Shown one piece after another: positions 8,184 through 17,856 of a stretch of 64,000 bases of DNA. The stretch lies in the IMG/VR virus record IMGVR_UViG_3300011114_001057; one strand, 5' to 3'. The stretch comes from an uncultured virus (IMG/VR IMGVR_UViG_3300011114_001057) (Duplodnaviria; Heunggongvirae; Uroviricota; Caudoviricetes). Each line of letters opens with the position of its first letter. Position 1 is the first letter of the stretch. The notes beneath the pieces were generated by a model. The model was not told where the DNA came from. It ran no database searches and saw nothing but the letters and a program-made list of their open reading frames with translations. The position numbers and the translations under genes were made by a program.

Positions 8184-9530
8184 ACTTAACGCCTTTTTTA
8201 GCTCTAAAAGATCACTTTTATACATATCGATGGGTTCTATTTTTTTAATATCTGTGAGCTCAAGTTGCCTATTTTCTACTTGAGAAAGCAATTCTTGGAA
8301 CTTCTCAAAAGTAAGAGTATGAATTGGCATATTTAACAGATATGAGTATGAGTCATCAACTTCATCAAAATCAGCAGTCTTAAGATATAGTAAAATTTGA
8401 CTTTTAGGAACATTGTTTACCAGTAGCTCTTCATCTATTATTGCTTTAATGAAACGTGCTCGGTTTGAAAGAAATAATAGTTCTGATTCAAGCCTATTGA
8501 TAATATATCTTTTTCTCTTTAAATAGTAAGTAAGCCTAAAATCTACAAAATATTCTATTATCTCTTTAGCTGATGTAAAGATCTTAAGTTTGCCGTTTTC
8601 ATCCAAGACAGTGAAGTTTTCAGTCTGTCTCTCCTCCATTTTAATGAGTCTTTCTAGCTTAGCTGAGTCTTTTATAGTCTTTAAATCCTCTCTTCTAAAC
8701 TTTAAAGTATAGTCGATATTAGATTTACAGTTATTTTCGTATGCTGCAATATTACGCTTATCTTCTATGTTAATTAGGTGCTGATCGAATTTTTCATAGG
8801 TAACAGATGGAGGAAGTTCTAAGATTCTAACGGTTGATGTGTTTTTTATCTCATATTTACCTCTAAACGTCCAAGAAAGGTGTGATTCTGGATTTTGGAT
8901 ACACTCTCCATTAAACTCTAAATACCATGGTGTAGGGTCCTGAAAAGTGCAACCATTAAGTTTTTTTAGGCAAGCATCAACAAGTGTTAATGGATTGCGG
9001 TTTAATATATTTGTAGCAAAACCTACTGCAATTCCACTACCACCATTTAGGAGAACAGTAGGTATTATTGGAAGAAAGTAGTTAGGTTCTATCTCGTTGC
9101 CTTCTTCGTATCTTGACTCAAGTAGTTCAAAATCTTTATATAGCAGTCTAAAGTTTTGGTGTAATTTTGTTGAAATATATCTAGGTGCACCTGCCTCAGG
9201 TGACCTTAATGAACCAAATTGACCTATTGAATCTAGTACAGGCATTGAGTTTTTAAACTTTTGTGCCATTGTCACTATTGCGCCGTTTAGGGAGCCATCA
9301 CCATGATGATAATGGGCATCTGAGGCAACTTTTCCAGCTAATTGAAATATCTTCAATGGTTTTTCTGAGCCGTTCCTCCAGACCTTATTTGCAACGAAAA
9401 TTATCTTACGTTGAGTAGGTTTAAATCCGTCTATTACAGAAGGTATAGCTCTTTCTTCAACTACATACTTAGCGTAGTCTCTATAGTCGCTATCTAAATA
9501 GTCAGTAACTGTCTTTACTTCTGGCCGCAT
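8166..9530 (-). CDS. gp52: Type II DNA topoisomerase, GyrA/ParC-like subunit (gp52)
   Basis: RAIPSVIDGFKPTQRK, YHHGDGSL, AGAPRYI (catalytic Tyr) and NGGSGIAVGFAT. Confidence 0.93.
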   Translation of the reverse strand: MRPEVKTVTDYLDSDYRDYAKYVVEERAIPSVIDGFKPTQRKIIFVANKVWRNGSEKPLKIFQLAGKVASDAHYHHGDGSLNGAIVTMAQKFKNSMPVLDSIGQFGSLRSPEAGAPRYISTKLHQNFRLLYKDFELLESRYEEGNEIEPNYFLPIIPTVLLNGGSGIAVGFATNILNRNPLTLVDACLKKLNGCTFQDPTPWYLEFNGECIQNPESHLSWTFRGKYEIKNTSTVRILELPPSVTYEKFDQHLINIEDKRNIAAYENNCKSNIDYTLKFRREDLKTIKDSAKLERLIKMEERQTENFTVLDENGKLKIFTSAKEIIEYFVDFRLTYYLKRKRYIINRLESELLFLSNRARFIKAIIDEELLVNNVPKSQILLYLKTADFDEVDDSYSYLLNMPIHTLTFEKFQELLSQVENRQLELTDIKKIEPIDMYKSDLLELKKALSKTFTS

Positions 9531-9574
9531 TTAAAATAATTTTTTATAGGTTGTGTTATAAGATAATAATATAC

Positions 9575-9691
9575 TCATTTATCTTTTTTAAAATATTTAA
9601 TTGAATCTACTAAAAGTGCAACACTTAAGACTGTTAATACAAGCCAGAGAGCTAATATGACTGTTGCTGCAATAAATTTAATAACTAGCAT
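9575..9691 (-). CDS. Small single-TM protein (38 aa)
   Basis: MLVIKFIAATVILALWLVLTVLSVALLVDSIKYFKKDK; promoter-like motif at 9731-9759 upstream. Confidence 0.45.
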   Translation of the reverse strand: MLVIKFIAATVILALWLVLTVLSVALLVDSIKYFKKDK

Positions 9692-9744
9692 ATTCCTTGT
9701 AATTTTTAAAAATCGTTTTTACTTTTTTTACTAGTACTCTTGGG

Positions 9745-9855
9745 TTACAAAAAAGTTCTAATTAATAGGTAAGAAGAGCCAATTATACTTAAGATAATTA
9801 CTAACCAAATAAATATAAACTTTGGTGCACGCTGATGTTCGTTATAATACTTCAT
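9745..9855 (-). CDS. Small single-TM protein (36 aa)
   Basis: MKYYNEHQRAPKFIFIWLVIILSIIGSSYLLIRTFL; start overlaps the end of the topoisomerase large subunit. Confidence 0.4.
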   Translation of the reverse strand: MKYYNEHQRAPKFIFIWLVIILSIIGSSYLLIRTFL

Positions 9856-11680
9856 TTGTAGCTAATATTCGTTCTTTTCTAGGTTTAGAATCACCGCCAA
9901 ACCATGCTTCTAGTGACTCTTTATACAATTTATCGTTCTTAAGTTGAATTAAATAGGGATTTTTTATGATTTCTTCATATTCGTCGTCTTCTAAGGCAGC
10001 AAGTCCTTTTTTATACTCTATCTCCCAAGAATTAAGATTGTTTTTAGTACACCACTTATCAAATTCATGATTTGTGTAAAAATTTATCTTCTTATTTGCT
10101 TTTTTAGCAACTACTAATGGAGTCATTACTTTGTAGATGCGGCCTTGGTCAAATAGTTCGGGCCAGTACCTATCAAAGAAGTTAATTAATAGAGAAGCGA
10201 TTGAATTTCCATCAGGATCAGCATCAGTGTAGATATAGACTCGACCATACCTTAAATTTCTAGGTTCTTCGCCTAATTTAAGTCCTAGGGAAGCCATTAG
10301 CTGAATAGCTTCATCGTTTTTTATTATTTCAGAGCTTTTCATCTCGCTTACGTTGATAAATTTACCTTTTAGTGGAAATGCACCGACTGTTTGTGTGTCA
10401 CGAAACTTACGAACCGCAGATAGCGCAGACAAGCCTTCATATATTCCTAAAACACATACACCGCGATCACCTTTACGTTGTGCATCGATTAACTTGGGAA
10501 TTTTAGTCTTATCCAGGTCTTTATTTAGCTTTCTAAGTTCTGCTCTCTCTTGAGCAAGTGCTTTTTTCTCGATCCAGTCTAATACAGATTCAATTATCTC
10601 TGACTTAAAGACTAGTTTTGCAATTTTATCAGTCACATCATGTCGTGTACCAAAATCTTTGATCTCAGTAATCAGCTTTTCCTTGGTTTGTGAGCTAAAA
10701 AATGAATTTACGACAGTTGAATCGATAAAAACGTATATATGATTTCTGATATCACTAGGCTTTACGTCAACTCTATGCTTCTTCTTAATCATTTCTCTTA
10801 GCTGTGCAATGAGCTGATTAGTGATGTATTCAACGTGTGTTCCACCGTCTTTAGTATGTACTGAATTAACAAAACTTACGTTTTGAAAGCCGTTTTCAGA
10901 CTTTGCAAAACATATCTTCCAATCTCGAGTCTCTTCAAAGAAATATTCTTGCGTGTATAGCTTAACATAATCTTCAAATGTCTTAAAATGATAGGTTTCT
11001 CCATTAAAAGTTATTGATAATTTAGGATTGGTTGCAGCAATGTCTATTGCTCTTTTTTGTAGGGCGCTTACTGTTGAATCATCGATTCTTTCCATACCAA
11101 ATCTCTTTAAATCTGGAAAAAACGTGATTCGAGTAAAGCCTCTTTTTGCAGGTTTAATAGTTGGCTTGCCTGCTTTTTTCATATTATCCGAATATTCTTG
11201 ATAATATGATTTTTTTCCATCACATGTCTCAATTATGAATTGAGTTGAAAAAATATTTGTTAAGGTTGCACCTACTCCATGAAGACCAGCACTAGTTCTG
11301 TTCTCAAAATCATTAAAATTTGAACCCGCTCGAAGATTTGAAAATATCATCTGTGGAATCCATTCCTTATGTTCTTTATGCTGTACTACTGGGATACCTC
11401 CATTATCAAAAATTAAAATCTTTCCAGTCGATTGATTTATTTGAACTTCAATCTTATTTAATTTTGGATTACGTTTATGCTCATCTGCTGAATTTGATAT
11501 AATCTCATCAAATATCTTGATAAATGCTGGTGAAACACATAGCTCTTCATGTTGAAATTTACCTTCTGACAAGATGGTAAAATTTTCAGTCTGTTGAGAG
11601 GTGGTTCCAATCCACATACCTGGACGAAGTAAACAATGTTCTATATCAGTTAGCTTTTGATATTTTTGTTCTATTTTCAT
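9842..11680 (-). CDS. gp39: Type II DNA topoisomerase ATPase/TOPRIM subunit (unsplit gp39+gp60)
   Basis: EHCLLRPGMWIG, FDEIISNSADE, GLHGVGA, EGLSA, PLKGK, TDADPDG and YKKGL motifs. Confidence 0.93.
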   Translation of the reverse strand: MKIEQKYQKLTDIEHCLLRPGMWIGTTSQQTENFTILSEGKFQHEELCVSPAFIKIFDEIISNSADEHKRNPKLNKIEVQINQSTGKILIFDNGGIPVVQHKEHKEWIPQMIFSNLRAGSNFNDFENRTSAGLHGVGATLTNIFSTQFIIETCDGKKSYYQEYSDNMKKAGKPTIKPAKRGFTRITFFPDLKRFGMERIDDSTVSALQKRAIDIAATNPKLSITFNGETYHFKTFEDYVKLYTQEYFFEETRDWKICFAKSENGFQNVSFVNSVHTKDGGTHVEYITNQLIAQLREMIKKKHRVDVKPSDIRNHIYVFIDSTVVNSFFSSQTKEKLITEIKDFGTRHDVTDKIAKLVFKSEIIESVLDWIEKKALAQERAELRKLNKDLDKTKIPKLIDAQRKGDRGVCVLGIYEGLSALSAVRKFRDTQTVGAFPLKGKFINVSEMKSSEIIKNDEAIQLMASLGLKLGEEPRNLRYGRVYIYTDADPDGNSIASLLINFFDRYWPELFDQGRIYKVMTPLVVAKKANKKINFYTNHEFDKWCTKNNLNSWEIEYKKGLAALEDDEYEEIIKNPYLIQLKNDKLYKESLEAWFGGDSKPRKERILATNEVL

Positions 11681-11685
11681 AATTC

Positions 11686-12837
11686 TTATTTTATTAAAAA
11701 ATCTATAATAGTTTCATATGATGGTTTAGAATCACTCCAAATACAGAGAACATCATATCCATTGGCTCTTGCATGATTTTCTTTATATTGATCTATTTTT
11801 AACTTATCGTAAGCTGAAATATTTAAAAAAGTACATTTCCATGAATCAAATTTTTCTTTCTCCCAAAATGGATTAGGATGAAACGATGTACCATGATATT
11901 CAATTATTTTCTTTATTTTAGGAATACAAAAATCATAAAAGAATACAGATTTTATTGAATCGTTATATATGAAATATTCATGTGATCCTTTAATTCCCCA
12001 AAAAATATCAGACTGGCTAAAACCATGTATTCTTAATTGTTTGTATATCGGTATAAAAAATTTCAAAGATTCTTTTGAGGTATGAGTCGGAGCTTTTGAT
12101 GTAGTATATTTCTTGTATTTAATTGGCCCTTCACTTTTGCCAAATTTTTCTATATAATACTCAATAGAACTGCCATATACAACTTTATTGAGATATGACG
12201 TATACTTAACTTGCCCGTCTTCTTCTCCATATCGATTGATGAATGAGGAAAGAGACGTTTTGTCTTGTTTTTTACTGAGTATTAGATTAGCTTCTTCTGA
12301 TGAATACCCCTTCTTTATCCAATAATTAAGTTGTGTCCATGTACGATCAGAATATTTTTCTGGAGAAGTTTTATTCTTATCTGAAAATTTATTTCCATTT
12401 TCTCTTTGATATTCACTGATTTTAATAATGGCTTCATCCTTTGAAAAACCTCGGTTTACCCAATACTCAATATTCATTTTTCTATGCGACTTTATTTTAA
12501 AGTCAGCCTCTTCATTTGTATAAAATGAATCAGTTAATGGATTTATCTTAGTTAACCAATGATTAGTAGTCATAGGTGAAGATAAATTAGTTTTATTTCG
12601 TGGATTAGAATTAGTTAATTCAGATATTTGATCTCTTGGCCATCCCCTAGATAACCAATATCTTTTTGTAAATTTACCTACTGCAATTATTTTATGTTCT
12701 TCTTTAAATGAATTTATTGCAGAATATAACATATATTTTTTACATGGATATAAAGAGGAAAGTGATGCCATCAATTTAGTCTTTAGCGAAGTATGAAGAT
12801 TTGGAAGTCGAGCATCAATTAAAGTTAAAAGTTCCAT
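11686..12837 (-). mobile_element. Free-standing putative homing endonuclease (repeated YW..RG helices plus a C-terminal Vsr/PD-(D/E)xK-like domain)
   Basis: YWLSRGW/YWVNRGFSKDEA/YWIKKGYSSEEA and RYGEEDG/KFGKSEG repeats; FYDFCIPKIKKIIEYHGTSFH..GYDVLCIW; own late box at 12855-12863. Confidence 0.6.
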
Positions 12838-12876
12838 GGTACTAATGGTTTATTTTATTTATCCGTTCGTACCTAA

Positions 12877-14472
12877 TCATTTTATTTCTTTGTTTAATTT
12901 TTTTATTTTTAGCGCATCTAAAAAGTATTGAGGCACACTGTTATTTTCAAGTATCTGATCAAAACATTCGTCTAGGATATAAGTCTCTGCCCAATCATCG
13001 TCATTTCTTATTGATCTACCATAAGCTTGAAGAAGATCTACTAGGGACTTCCAATTATACCATTCTTTACGAGTCTCAAGTCTTTTTTTAATCTTAGTAC
13101 TAAGTAAATTAGGAAAAGGTACTTTTAATATTACTTGAAACCGGGAAAGATCGTCTTTTAGATCTATTCCATTAATCATAGAAGGTGAAACTAGAACGGT
13201 TGAATTTTGGGACATTAGATGTTTTTCTAGAGAGGCTTCCCTAGTTGAAGAATCATGAAAGATCAATCGTGAATCTTTAATTGAAGACTTTATCCAATTA
13301 CTAAACTCATAGTTTGAAGTATGAATTATACCCTTTACTTCATGATTTTTTTCAAGAATTTTGCCTAGGATAGGAACGGCTCTACTAAAGGTATCTTTCT
13401 TATTATAGTATGACATCTTACCAAATTTTAGGTAGATGATCGGTCGTTTTTCAGCATCGAATGGACAAGGTAAAGACAAGTAGCTCATCTGTTCTTCGTC
13501 TACTCCCATAATAAAGGAGAAAAGTTTCTGATCAAGAATGGTGCCTGACATCATAATCACATGATCGTATTCTCTCCAGAATAGGTCATTAAGGTAAATG
13601 TTTCCCCAAATAGGTTCTACTAAGATCCTAATTTTACCAAACTGGTCTAGGTCCTTTTCAAAAATCCAATTGCTTTTGTAATTTTCCTTGTCTTTAACAA
13701 ATCTATTAAACTTACAGAGAGTCTTATCGACATGATCGGCTTTACGTAAGAGCTCTACTTTTTTCTTTTTGGTTCGCGCTTCTTTTGACTCACCTATGAG
13801 TTCTTCGAATTTTTGATCTAGTAGAGTAATTATTACTGAACTTGTATATTCAGATAGTGCAGTAAGTGATGAGATCTCGGAAAGATCCTTTTCCATCCAA
13901 TCTCTCCATATATCTAGTGCTTTTATAGATCTTTCAGAATATACAGATGAGATAAAGTCACAAAAAGTATCCTCAAAAGAGTGAGACTCGTCTATAATTA
14001 GAAGCTTTGATTTTCTCTCAATTAACATATCTGGAGAATACATTGAATATGCAGTTATTAGGTGAAAATTAGTAAGACTTAACGGACTACGTAAAAACTT
14101 AGATTGTGCTAATTTATATGGGCACGGATGACAGTTAGTTCCACCTGCTGTGTTTAAAACTGCTGCTTCTCCACAGTTCATGTTTTGTCTTCTACAGAAA
14201 TAATTAGTCTTGCCCTTTAGATTTGCCATAAACGGAAAATCTTTAATATACTGCTCTTGTAAAAGCTTAGAATTAGTTAATATATCAACCTTTGCCTTTT
14301 TTGAAAAACTACTACGATACCATTCAGCTATCATAACTGATGCGTATGACTTACCTACACCAGTTGGTGCCTCAATCATGATGAATTTTTTACCTAAGTT
14401 TATTGAGCTCTTAACAAACTCTAACATCTCAGTCTGTTGAGGTCTTGGTGAAAAATTAAGGTCTATTTCCAT
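12877..14472 (-). CDS. DinG/XPD-family SF2 helicase with a Cys cluster (probable Fe-S)
   Basis: PRPQQ Q-motif, EAPTGVGKS, KGKTNYFC..C..C.PCPY, IIDESH, MSGT, GIDLKDD and QAYGRSIR. Confidence 0.85.
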   Translation of the reverse strand: MEIDLNFSPRPQQTEMLEFVKSSINLGKKFIMIEAPTGVGKSYASVMIAEWYRSSFSKKAKVDILTNSKLLQEQYIKDFPFMANLKGKTNYFCRRQNMNCGEAAVLNTAGGTNCHPCPYKLAQSKFLRSPLSLTNFHLITAYSMYSPDMLIERKSKLLIIDESHSFEDTFCDFISSVYSERSIKALDIWRDWMEKDLSEISSLTALSEYTSSVIITLLDQKFEELIGESKEARTKKKKVELLRKADHVDKTLCKFNRFVKDKENYKSNWIFEKDLDQFGKIRILVEPIWGNIYLNDLFWREYDHVIMMSGTILDQKLFSFIMGVDEEQMSYLSLPCPFDAEKRPIIYLKFGKMSYYNKKDTFSRAVPILGKILEKNHEVKGIIHTSNYEFSNWIKSSIKDSRLIFHDSSTREASLEKHLMSQNSTVLVSPSMINGIDLKDDLSRFQVILKVPFPNLLSTKIKKRLETRKEWYNWKSLVDLLQAYGRSIRNDDDWAETYILDECFDQILENNSVPQYFLDALKIKKLNKEIK

Positions 14473-14561
14473 CTATTTAATTTAAGTTATGTTGAAATGG
14501 GTTTCTATATCAACATTTGAAAGGCGTATCTTTTGCGGTATTAAGGTAATTTTAATTCTTA

Positions 14562-15374
14562 TTATAAAACTAAGACAGTTGCTTCTGGTTTTAATTGACT
14601 CTGGTGATACCAGATAGTTCTGCCAGTACCGTCTACTTGTTTTTGAGACTTTCCATAGCATTGAATCCAACCCTCAAAACTAAATCTAGGTATCTTAAAT
14701 GGGCTCTCCCAGTCTTTTAACTGACCTCCACCTAATTGGTAGGCTTCTAATGGGATTCTTTTACATAATTCAGTAATCAATGGATTACTAGATAGGGCCT
14801 TCCTGGCTTCCTCAAATGGATCTTGAGAGGCACGATATAGTATCTCTGCCCTAAGATAATTACCTATCCCGTTAAAAAACCTTTGATCTAATAATAACTC
14901 ACAGATTGGTTTTGAAAAGACCGAACGACTGATGTTGTTATTGATGTTTTCAAGAAAACTTTCGTGTTCCTCGACTGGACATGGGCCACGACTCTGTGAC
15001 CAGTCCTTAACGACCTTCCATTTAGCAAAACGGCGAACGTCTACTAGACATAATGAGTCGAGCGCGACTGATCTAAAGATCATATGTACGTGATTAGGCA
15101 TTGCTTCGCCATTTTTGACATACACCCAGTGACCTGACATTCCCATTGAGCAGCTTATTTTCATAAATATCTCTTGGCCTTGAATGATTGATAGCATAAG
15201 CTCCTTACCTTTTGCATCGGCTTGGATACTAAATATCTGTAAATCACTAGGCATAGTTATCCCAAGTCCTCTATCCCAAGCACTCTCAGAAAATAAAAAA
15301 CTAGTAAAATTATTGGTTTCACAGACATCGTTTATATAGTCTGACATGATTCTTATTTCGGCTAATTCTGGCAT
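14562..15374 (-). CDS. nei: Fpg/Nei DNA glycosylase, NEIL1-like (no zinc finger)
   Basis: N-terminal MPE, KGKEL, GMSG, DVRRF and H2TH LLDQRFFNGIGNYLRAEILY; C-terminal GRTIWY without CxxC. Confidence 0.88.
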   Translation of the reverse strand: MPELAEIRIMSDYINDVCETNNFTSFLFSESAWDRGLGITMPSDLQIFSIQADAKGKELMLSIIQGQEIFMKISCSMGMSGHWVYVKNGEAMPNHVHMIFRSVALDSLCLVDVRRFAKWKVVKDWSQSRGPCPVEEHESFLENINNNISRSVFSKPICELLLDQRFFNGIGNYLRAEILYRASQDPFEEARKALSSNPLITELCKRIPLEAYQLGGGQLKDWESPFKIPRFSFEGWIQCYGKSQKQVDGTGRTIWYHQSQLKPEATVLVL

Positions 15375-15451
15375 ATATCAATAATACTAAAACTTGAGAT
15401 ACTTAAAAACTTAAAATATCTTGGGATTTAATAAAAAATACTGGTGTAAAA

Positions 15452-15460
15452 GATAAATAA
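15452..15460 (+). promoter_or_regulatory. Late promoter box GATAAATAA
   Basis: Consensus match at the start of a plus-strand virion gene cluster. Confidence 0.6.
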
Positions 15461-15478
15461 TAAAAAAATTAACACACA

Positions 15479-15703
15479 ATGGCGAATCCAGTTATGAATT
15501 ACAATCAGTTCATGTCAGCTTTTAAAAAGGCAGAATCTGGCTATAGAGGAAAAGCAAACATTTTAGCTAACGACCGATCTGGCTCAGCAAAAGTTAATCA
15601 AGGATTAACACAAGGTCCAGTAAAAGGTAAAGGTACTCCTCAAATAGGTAAGTACACTAGTCAGTACATGACAACTGCTAGAAACAAGAATATCATAAAG
15701 TAA
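15479..15703 (+). CDS. Small basic hypothetical protein (probably late/virion)
   Basis: ORF directly after a late box; MANPVMNYNQFM N-terminus. Confidence 0.6.
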   Translation: MANPVMNYNQFMSAFKKAESGYRGKANILANDRSGSAKVNQGLTQGPVKGKGTPQIGKYTSQYMTTARNKNIIK

Positions 15704-15720
15704 ATAAATCTTAAAATAAG

Positions 15721-15984
15721 ATGAAAAGAGCAATCGAAAGATTTGAAAGGTATTCACTATTAGAAAAGAAGGGAGATCTTAAAAAGTTGGTCGGAAAGGA
15801 CGAAGATGAGGAATTGTCAGTCAATGATGCTAAGAGATTAGGTTCTAAGATTGCAAACATGGAAGGTGAAGAGAAGAAGAAATACGTAGGTATTATCAAC
15901 TTCTTAGGTGCCTCATGTAACATCTATAATGAAATCTGGAAAAACTATAGACGTACCCGAGACAGAAAAGAGAAAAATGCATAA
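15721..15984 (+). CDS. Hypothetical protein (probably head-internal)
   Basis: MKRAIERFERYSLLE N-terminus ending in LxE. Confidence 0.6.
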   Translation: MKRAIERFERYSLLEKKGDLKKLVGKDEDEELSVNDAKRLGSKIANMEGEEKKKYVGIINFLGASCNIYNEIWKNYRRTRDRKEKNA

Positions 15985-17233
15985 TTTATTTGAAGGAGCT
16001 GATGATGCTGCGATAAAAGATGGTGGTTTTGTTTTTCAAGCAATCTTAAGCTATGACATGAGATGGTCGATAGTTGAAGGAGAAGCTAAATACGATCAGC
16101 GTTGGGTTGAGGGAAAACTTCACCAAGTAGATATTTATCCAGACTTAAAGTTTATGGAGGGTCACGCAACCTTAAATTACGTTATCCTTAGCGAAGTAAA
16201 CCTTTTTAAACGTAAACTCGACCTAGCTACAGAATACATAAAAATGGCATTCTCTAAGGCATATGCCGACGAGATGAACGGCATTGTAGCAACACAGCCA
16301 GATCAAACGAATGGACCGATAACTGGTGGAATACCTGATGTTGTTGATCCTGACCCCGATGATTTAGCTAATATCGACTTTACTGACGCCCTAAACAAGA
16401 CTAATCAACAGACAGCCGCACAGGTTGGAAACAGTGGAGAAATAAGTGGAACCACTACTTCTGGAGAATTAGGAAAGGGTCAAGCACAACTAGGTGAAAA
16501 TATCAATGAATCAAACTTGCCTGCAACGACGACTGCTGCTGGTCTACCTGCAACGACTACTGATGCTAGTCTACCTGCAGCTACTGACGAACCTGAAAGA
16601 AAGGAGAGTGAGCCAGTTAAGGTAGAGACTACTCCACCTGCTACTAAAATTCCACTAACAGTTGAACAGAAAAAGGCAATAAACGACAAGTACTTCAAGA
16701 ATACTAATATCAAGATAACATTCAAAGCAGATAGAATTGTACTTAGAGAGATATCAACAAGTAGTGTAGAGAGCAGCACACCTACCTGTACTCTAAAACT
16801 TTCTACAGGAATGGTTGATACACTAGACGGACAGTCTATAAATTCTTGGGATAACTTTAAAGTCTACGCAAGCGGCGGGTTATTTGATGGAATGACTATT
16901 GATAATAAAACAGAGCCGCCTATATCTAAAGCAACAATGTACGATCCGGTAGATAACTTAAGTGAATTAATATTCATGACTCTATTACCTTCATTACTTT
17001 TAGAATTTTCAGGAGATTCAGTAAAGATAGATACTTACAGTAATAGGTCTGCACAAGTAGGATTTAAGGCAAATATAGACTTTGACGGAATTTTTAAAGA
17101 GCAAGAGGCATCACCAATAATTGCTCCTGAAGAGGGAGAATCGACTGAAGAAGAGGTGGAAGACGATACGGAAGATGAAGAACCTACGACTGAACTAGCA
17201 AAACCACCTAGCGAAAGTGGAGAAGCTAAATAA
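15977..17233 (+). CDS. Hypothetical acidic protein with low-complexity linkers (probably virion)
   Basis: Likely start ATG 15977 (MHNLFE) overlapping the previous stop; LPATTT repeats; acidic tail. Confidence 0.65.
   Translation: MHNLFEGADDAAIKDGGFVFQAILSYDMRWSIVEGEAKYDQRWVEGKLHQVDIYPDLKFMEGHATLNYVILSEVNLFKRKLDLATEYIKMAFSKAYADEMNGIVATQPDQTNGPITGGIPDVVDPDPDDLANIDFTDALNKTNQQTAAQVGNSGEISGTTTSGELGKGQAQLGENINESNLPATTTAAGLPATTTDASLPAATDEPERKESEPVKVETTPPATKIPLTVEQKKAINDKYFKNTNIKITFKADRIVLREISTSSVESSTPTCTLKLSTGMVDTLDGQSINSWDNFKVYASGGLFDGMTIDNKTEPPISKATMYDPVDNLSELIFMTLLPSLLLEFSGDSVKIDTYSNRSAQVGFKANIDFDGIFKEQEASPIIAPEEGESTEEEVEDDTEDEEPTTELAKPPSESGEAK
16517..16588 (+). repeat. 27-nt coding tandem repeat (LPATTTAAG/LPATTTDAS/LPAATD)
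   Basis: About 2.7 copies seen directly. Confidence 0.75.
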
Positions 17234-17248
17234 TTTACTAGAAGAAAG

Positions 17249-17257
17249 AATAAATAA
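17249..17257 (+). promoter_or_regulatory. Late promoter box AATAAATAA
   Basis: Upstream of the tail tube gene. Confidence 0.55.
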
Positions 17258-17276
17258 CTAAAATAATCGATACAAA

Positions 17277-17852
17277 ATGGCAGGTTTACCATATTGGACA
17301 AACTCAACAGCTGCAGTTAAATACTACGAACCTATTTATTTAAACCAGTTCGAGGTAATAATAACTCCCCCAGCTGTAATTGGAGGGCCTAATGTTTCTC
17401 TACTCGTTGAACATGTTACAAAAATAGGCGGGCTGCCTGAACTACAGTCACCAGGTACTCTAATTGAACAAAAATACAAGTTCGCTACTAGAAGTTATGC
17501 TGGTCCTACACCTGACAAGACGACAGTTGACTTAGCCATCGATTTTACTGTGAACTTAAATGAAGAAAATGATGCATACGTATATAATATACTAAGGGCA
17601 TGGAATGATGTCGTATACAATCCACAAACTGGAGCACAAGGCCTTAAGAGAAGTTACGTTGGAGAGATTGCAGTAGTCATCTTTAATAAGGCTGGCGAGA
17701 TATTTAGAGAATTTAAGTTTCCATCAGTTATCCCTAACGGTAAACTGACTGAGATGGCGCTAGACTATGGTTCTACTGAAATATATAAGTTAAGTATGAC
17801 TTATCGAGCTGACCACTTTATAGAGAGTAGAATTGGACAAATTAACGTATAA
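17277..17852 (+). CDS. gp19: Tail tube protein (gp19-like)
   Basis: EPIYLNQFEV, ILRAWNDVVYNPQTG.QGLK.SYVG and LDYGS..IYKLSMTYRAD. Confidence 0.75.
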   Translation: MAGLPYWTNSTAAVKYYEPIYLNQFEVIITPPAVIGGPNVSLLVEHVTKIGGLPELQSPGTLIEQKYKFATRSYAGPTPDKTTVDLAIDFTVNLNEENDAYVYNILRAWNDVVYNPQTGAQGLKRSYVGEIAVVIFNKAGEIFREFKFPSVIPNGKLTEMALDYGSTEIYKLSMTYRADHFIESRIGQINV

Positions 17853-17856
17853 TAAG

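Noticed and set aside
11686..12837. Intron- or intein-encoded endonuclease
   Set aside because: Both flanking genes appear complete and no splice motifs are evident, so it is free-standing
14482..14670. 62-aa ORF between the NEIL1-like and DinG genes
   Set aside because: Mostly overlaps the glycosylase C-terminus in another frame; no recognisable features
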